This document shows positions 61,205 to 64,000 of a DNA stretch of 64,000 bases, piece by piece. Every line of letters starts with the position of its first letter. Positions within the stretch are counted from its first letter, which is position 1. The DNA is from a virus (taxonomy: Duplodnaviria > Caudoviricetes). A model generated the notes under the pieces. It had not been told where the DNA came from and searched no databases. It saw only the letters and a program-made list of their open reading frames with translations. Made by a program: the position numbers and the translations under genes. Location of the stretch: positions 1-64,000 of the IMG/VR virus record IMGVR_UViG_3300047400_000090; one strand, written 5' to 3'.

Positions 61205-61598
61205 AGCCAAGGGAACCGAACTAGCCGTAATCGAGTCTACCGCCCTAGCTCCTCAAGGGCCAAAGCCAGGGGAACTACAGAAGTGGACACAAGAGCGCCT
61301 GTGCGAAGACGCCGTTGAGCTTTACGGATCATTCATCTCCTCCCTAAAGCAGCAGATGAAGCCCTATACCATGGCTAATGGTGACATTGTAATGCCCAGT
61401 GTCAAGATCATGGAATTGGCGGCAGATGTTCTAAAGCTGCGAGATACGGCGGGGATCAATATCAATCAGAACTTCGGTAGCACGACGATCAATAATGGCG
61501 GGACAAACTTCTCCCCGGAAGACATTCTCCGTAGGCAGGCAGAGAGAGATAGTAAGCCTGTTATCATAGACGTAGAGGTAATTGAAGATGCAAAGTAG
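61185..61598 (+). CDS. possible terminase small subunit
   Basis: Helical protein upstream of terL, ININQNFG tail; positional inference. Confidence 0.4.
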   Translation: MMPGPSKAKGTELAVIESTALAPQGPKPGELQKWTQERLCEDAVELYGSFISSLKQQMKPYTMANGDIVMPSVKIMELAADVLKLRDTAGININQNFGSTTINNGGTNFSPEDILRRQAERDSKPVIIDVEVIEDAK

Positions 61599-61770
61599 CG
61601 CCGATAGCGCCAAGATCGCCAAAGTTCTCAAGGAATTCAAGGAGGGCAGCCTGCACTCCACCTCAAAGAATGGACCTAGGGTCAAGACTCGCCAGCAAGC
61701 CATTGCCATCGCCCTTAGTGAGCAACGCAAAGCCGGTGGAGGGACCATGAACCTTAGCAAATCTAAGTAG
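61582..61770 (+). CDS. small basic protein (KV.xEFKxGxLHS...QAIAIALSE, DUF6496-like)
   Basis: Motif recognised. Confidence 0.7.
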   Translation: MKMQSSADSAKIAKVLKEFKEGSLHSTSKNGPRVKTRQQAIAIALSEQRKAGGGTMNLSKSK

Positions 61771-63947
61771 TGATTGACCTTTCCTCTAGAGATAAACTAG
61801 TAGCCGATATCATTGCCTACTTTGACTCCGATAAATTCCTAGTCAAGGACGCAAAGAACCCAGATGACCTACGCCTTCGCCGCTTAGGTCTACTCTCCCC
61901 GTCAGATGCCAAGATCATCGAGAGTGAACTACTAAAGTGCTCAGAAGATTATAGATACGCCGCAGGAAACTACTTCTGTATCTCCGATAAAGACGGCAAC
62001 GATCAGTTAATGAGCCTCTGGGATGGTCAGGAGTTGTTGCTCCAGCGAATGGAGGACATGAAGGCCCGTGGCAAGCCCCAGTTAGTCATCGCCATCAAGG
62101 CTAGGCAGTTAGGGTTGTCGATGTTTGGCTGCTCCATGGTCTTCTGGAATAGCGTCTTTAAGCGCAACAAGAAGGGTCTGATCGTCTCGGAAGACTTAGT
62201 CCAGTCGCAGAACCTATTTTCATCCTACCTTTCCCCACTCTATAGGCAGCTTCCCTGGTGGCTAAAGCCGCAATCCTCTGTCTTTAAGGAAGATGGAATC
62301 GTCTTTGACAAGCCAGCCAAGGAAGGCGGAATGGGACTAAACTCCTCCATTGCCGTGCAATGGGCCTCTCGCAAGGGCGGTCTAGGCCAGGGCTACAAGC
62401 TCAATGCCTTCCATGGGTCAGAGTTCACGGCCTGGGATAACCTAGCCGAGAGCCTGGAACAAGACCTCAAGTATGCCCTAGTGCGGCAGCCTTCTACTAT
62501 TGGCATCCTTGAGTCCACGGCCAAGGGTGCAGGTACGCCTAGTCATGCCTTCTACAACAAGTGCGAGGCACTAGCGGAACAGTCTGACTGGGAGGCGGTA
62601 TTCTTGCCGTACTTCTTTGAAAAGACTAGGGTTATGGCTCCAAGGAAGGGTTGGAGACCGGAGAAAGAAGACCTTCGGATGCGCGAGGTGGTCTATGCCA
62701 ACTGGACCGTCTGCGACAATAAGAAGTGCCTGCGCTATGTCAACAGGAAGTCCAGTACTGGAGTTCGAGATGGAGAAAAGTGCCCCTCGTGTAAGATTGG
62801 CACTCTGGGACCGTACACCTTAACCGATGAACAGATTTACTTCATGGTTAATGAGCGGCTAAACTCCTCTGCCCAGAGGAACATCGACCAGGAGCTTGCC
62901 CTAACCGTAGAAGAAGCCTTCGTCGCCGAGGGTGAGCAGGTCTTCTCAAAACAATCTATCAAGGCCCTAGAGTACATGGTCCAGACGGCTAATCCTCCGC
63001 TACCTGGGTTTATGGATAAGCATGGCTTCTTCCATGGCTACAGGGAGGACGACCTTGACCGGAAGTGCCACCTAGATGGCTGTAAAATTTGGCATGGTGG
63101 AGAAATCCAGAACATAAGAGTCTGGGAAAAGCCCAGGACTGGAGAGTCGTACCAAATCGGTGCCGATATCGGCTATGGAAAGGGTAAAGACTACTCTGTT
63201 GCCACCGTCATTAGAGTCGGCAGGAGCGGTGGACGAGATTATCAATGCGCCACGCTTAGGTCTAACATCATAGAACCATTGGAATTCGCCTATCTCATTG
63301 CCAAGTTAGCTAAGTGGTACAATGAGGCCCAGGTAGCCATTGAGTACAACACTCCGGGTAATTCCACGGCTGATCACCTAGCCAAAGTCTTGAATTATCC
63401 GAACATCTACCGAGAAAGAGCAACCAATAGCACCCTCCACTGGGTAACTAATCAAAAGTCTAAGCCTAAGATTATCATCACGTTAGACCGATGGCTAAAG
63501 GAAGAGATCTTCATTGCTAGGGATAAGCTGCTCCTGGACGAAATAAAGGTCTTCACTAAGGCGGTTGACTCGGTATCTACGGGGGCAGAACAGGGATTTA
63601 ATGATGACTGCCTAATGTCGGCTATGATTGCCCTCTATACGGCCCATGCCGGGGACTACGAGGACAATCTTGGGATCGTGCCCCAGAAGATCGACAAAGA
63701 CCCGACAACTTGCCTCTATCGGATGGACTGTACGGCCTGTCATAAGATGTGGGGATCTGACAACCCTCGGATGATGGATAACTGTCCGTTCTGCAAGTCT
63801 ATGATGATTAGGGCTACCAGAAACATGTCAGTTCAGATGGATACAAGCTCCGATTATAGGGAGTCTTCTATGTTCACTCCAGACATGCTGGACGTTTACA
63901 GTAAAAATGATTCTCATTGGTACGAACCGTCCTACGAATCTCTTTAA
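61770..63947 (+). CDS. terL: terminase large subunit
   Basis: KARQLGLS Walker A, ILESTAKG, GADIGYG and NDDCLMS nuclease motifs. Confidence 0.92.
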   Translation: MIDLSSRDKLVADIIAYFDSDKFLVKDAKNPDDLRLRRLGLLSPSDAKIIESELLKCSEDYRYAAGNYFCISDKDGNDQLMSLWDGQELLLQRMEDMKARGKPQLVIAIKARQLGLSMFGCSMVFWNSVFKRNKKGLIVSEDLVQSQNLFSSYLSPLYRQLPWWLKPQSSVFKEDGIVFDKPAKEGGMGLNSSIAVQWASRKGGLGQGYKLNAFHGSEFTAWDNLAESLEQDLKYALVRQPSTIGILESTAKGAGTPSHAFYNKCEALAEQSDWEAVFLPYFFEKTRVMAPRKGWRPEKEDLRMREVVYANWTVCDNKKCLRYVNRKSSTGVRDGEKCPSCKIGTLGPYTLTDEQIYFMVNERLNSSAQRNIDQELALTVEEAFVAEGEQVFSKQSIKALEYMVQTANPPLPGFMDKHGFFHGYREDDLDRKCHLDGCKIWHGGEIQNIRVWEKPRTGESYQIGADIGYGKGKDYSVATVIRVGRSGGRDYQCATLRSNIIEPLEFAYLIAKLAKWYNEAQVAIEYNTPGNSTADHLAKVLNYPNIYRERATNSTLHWVTNQKSKPKIIITLDRWLKEEIFIARDKLLLDEIKVFTKAVDSVSTGAEQGFNDDCLMSAMIALYTAHAGDYEDNLGIVPQKIDKDPTTCLYRMDCTACHKMWGSDNPRMMDNCPFCKSMMIRATRNMSVQMDTSSDYRESSMFTPDMLDVYSKNDSHWYEPSYESL
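62745..62768. promoter_or_regulatory. dispersed palindrome copy
   Basis: AGGAAGTCCAG-TA-CTGGAGTTCGA, inside terL. Confidence 0.6.
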
Positions 63948-64000
63948 TCTGTTGTAAATAAAGTACATTGTTATGCCATAATTAAGTTATGGCTAAGAAT

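Noticed and set aside
50576-61760. Minus-strand ORFs in the plus-strand arm (e.g. 50576..50857, 53752..54144, 59378..59863)
   Set aside because: Antisense shadows of coding genes
63865-63885. TCCAG-ACATG-CTGGA near the terL end, and loose cores at 5101 and 23521
   Set aside because: Wrong spacer length or unmatched flanks; not counted as palindrome copies

Overview
This window is a 64 kb segment of a tailed dsDNA phage genome (Caudoviricetes); no bacterial housekeeping context is present. Layout: 1-31.8 kb minus strand, replication/recombination/nucleotide genes (RusA, HNH, beta-clamp, DnaB, split DnaG primase, initiator with iterons, 2 tRNA-Arg, three AAA+ ATPases, ThyX, RNA ligase, helicase, ERF). 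31.8-39.0 kb minus strand, small early-type genes behind sigma70-like promoters. 39.0-39.9 kb non-coding with hexamer repeats and an IHF consensus. 40.3-47.4 kb minus strand, a phosphoesterase, a large protein with an ADP-ribosyltransferase-like motif and a 21-ORF array. 47.4-64 kb plus strand, amidase, tail fibre, dUTPase, SSBs and terminase. One exported protein resembles Acidobacteriota proteins, so that host phylum is a tentative inference. Two signals are not explained by standard annotation. (1) Five arrays totalling about 45 short (23-90 aa), overlap-coupled, aromatic/Cys-rich ORFs, most starting M-K/R-x-W/Y; one array lies between the two halves of the primase. (2) Thirteen copies of a 24-bp palindrome (core TCCAG-NN-CTGGA) spread across the genome, in all three reading frames and downstream of promoters. 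All family calls are from motif recognition by eye; no database search was run.
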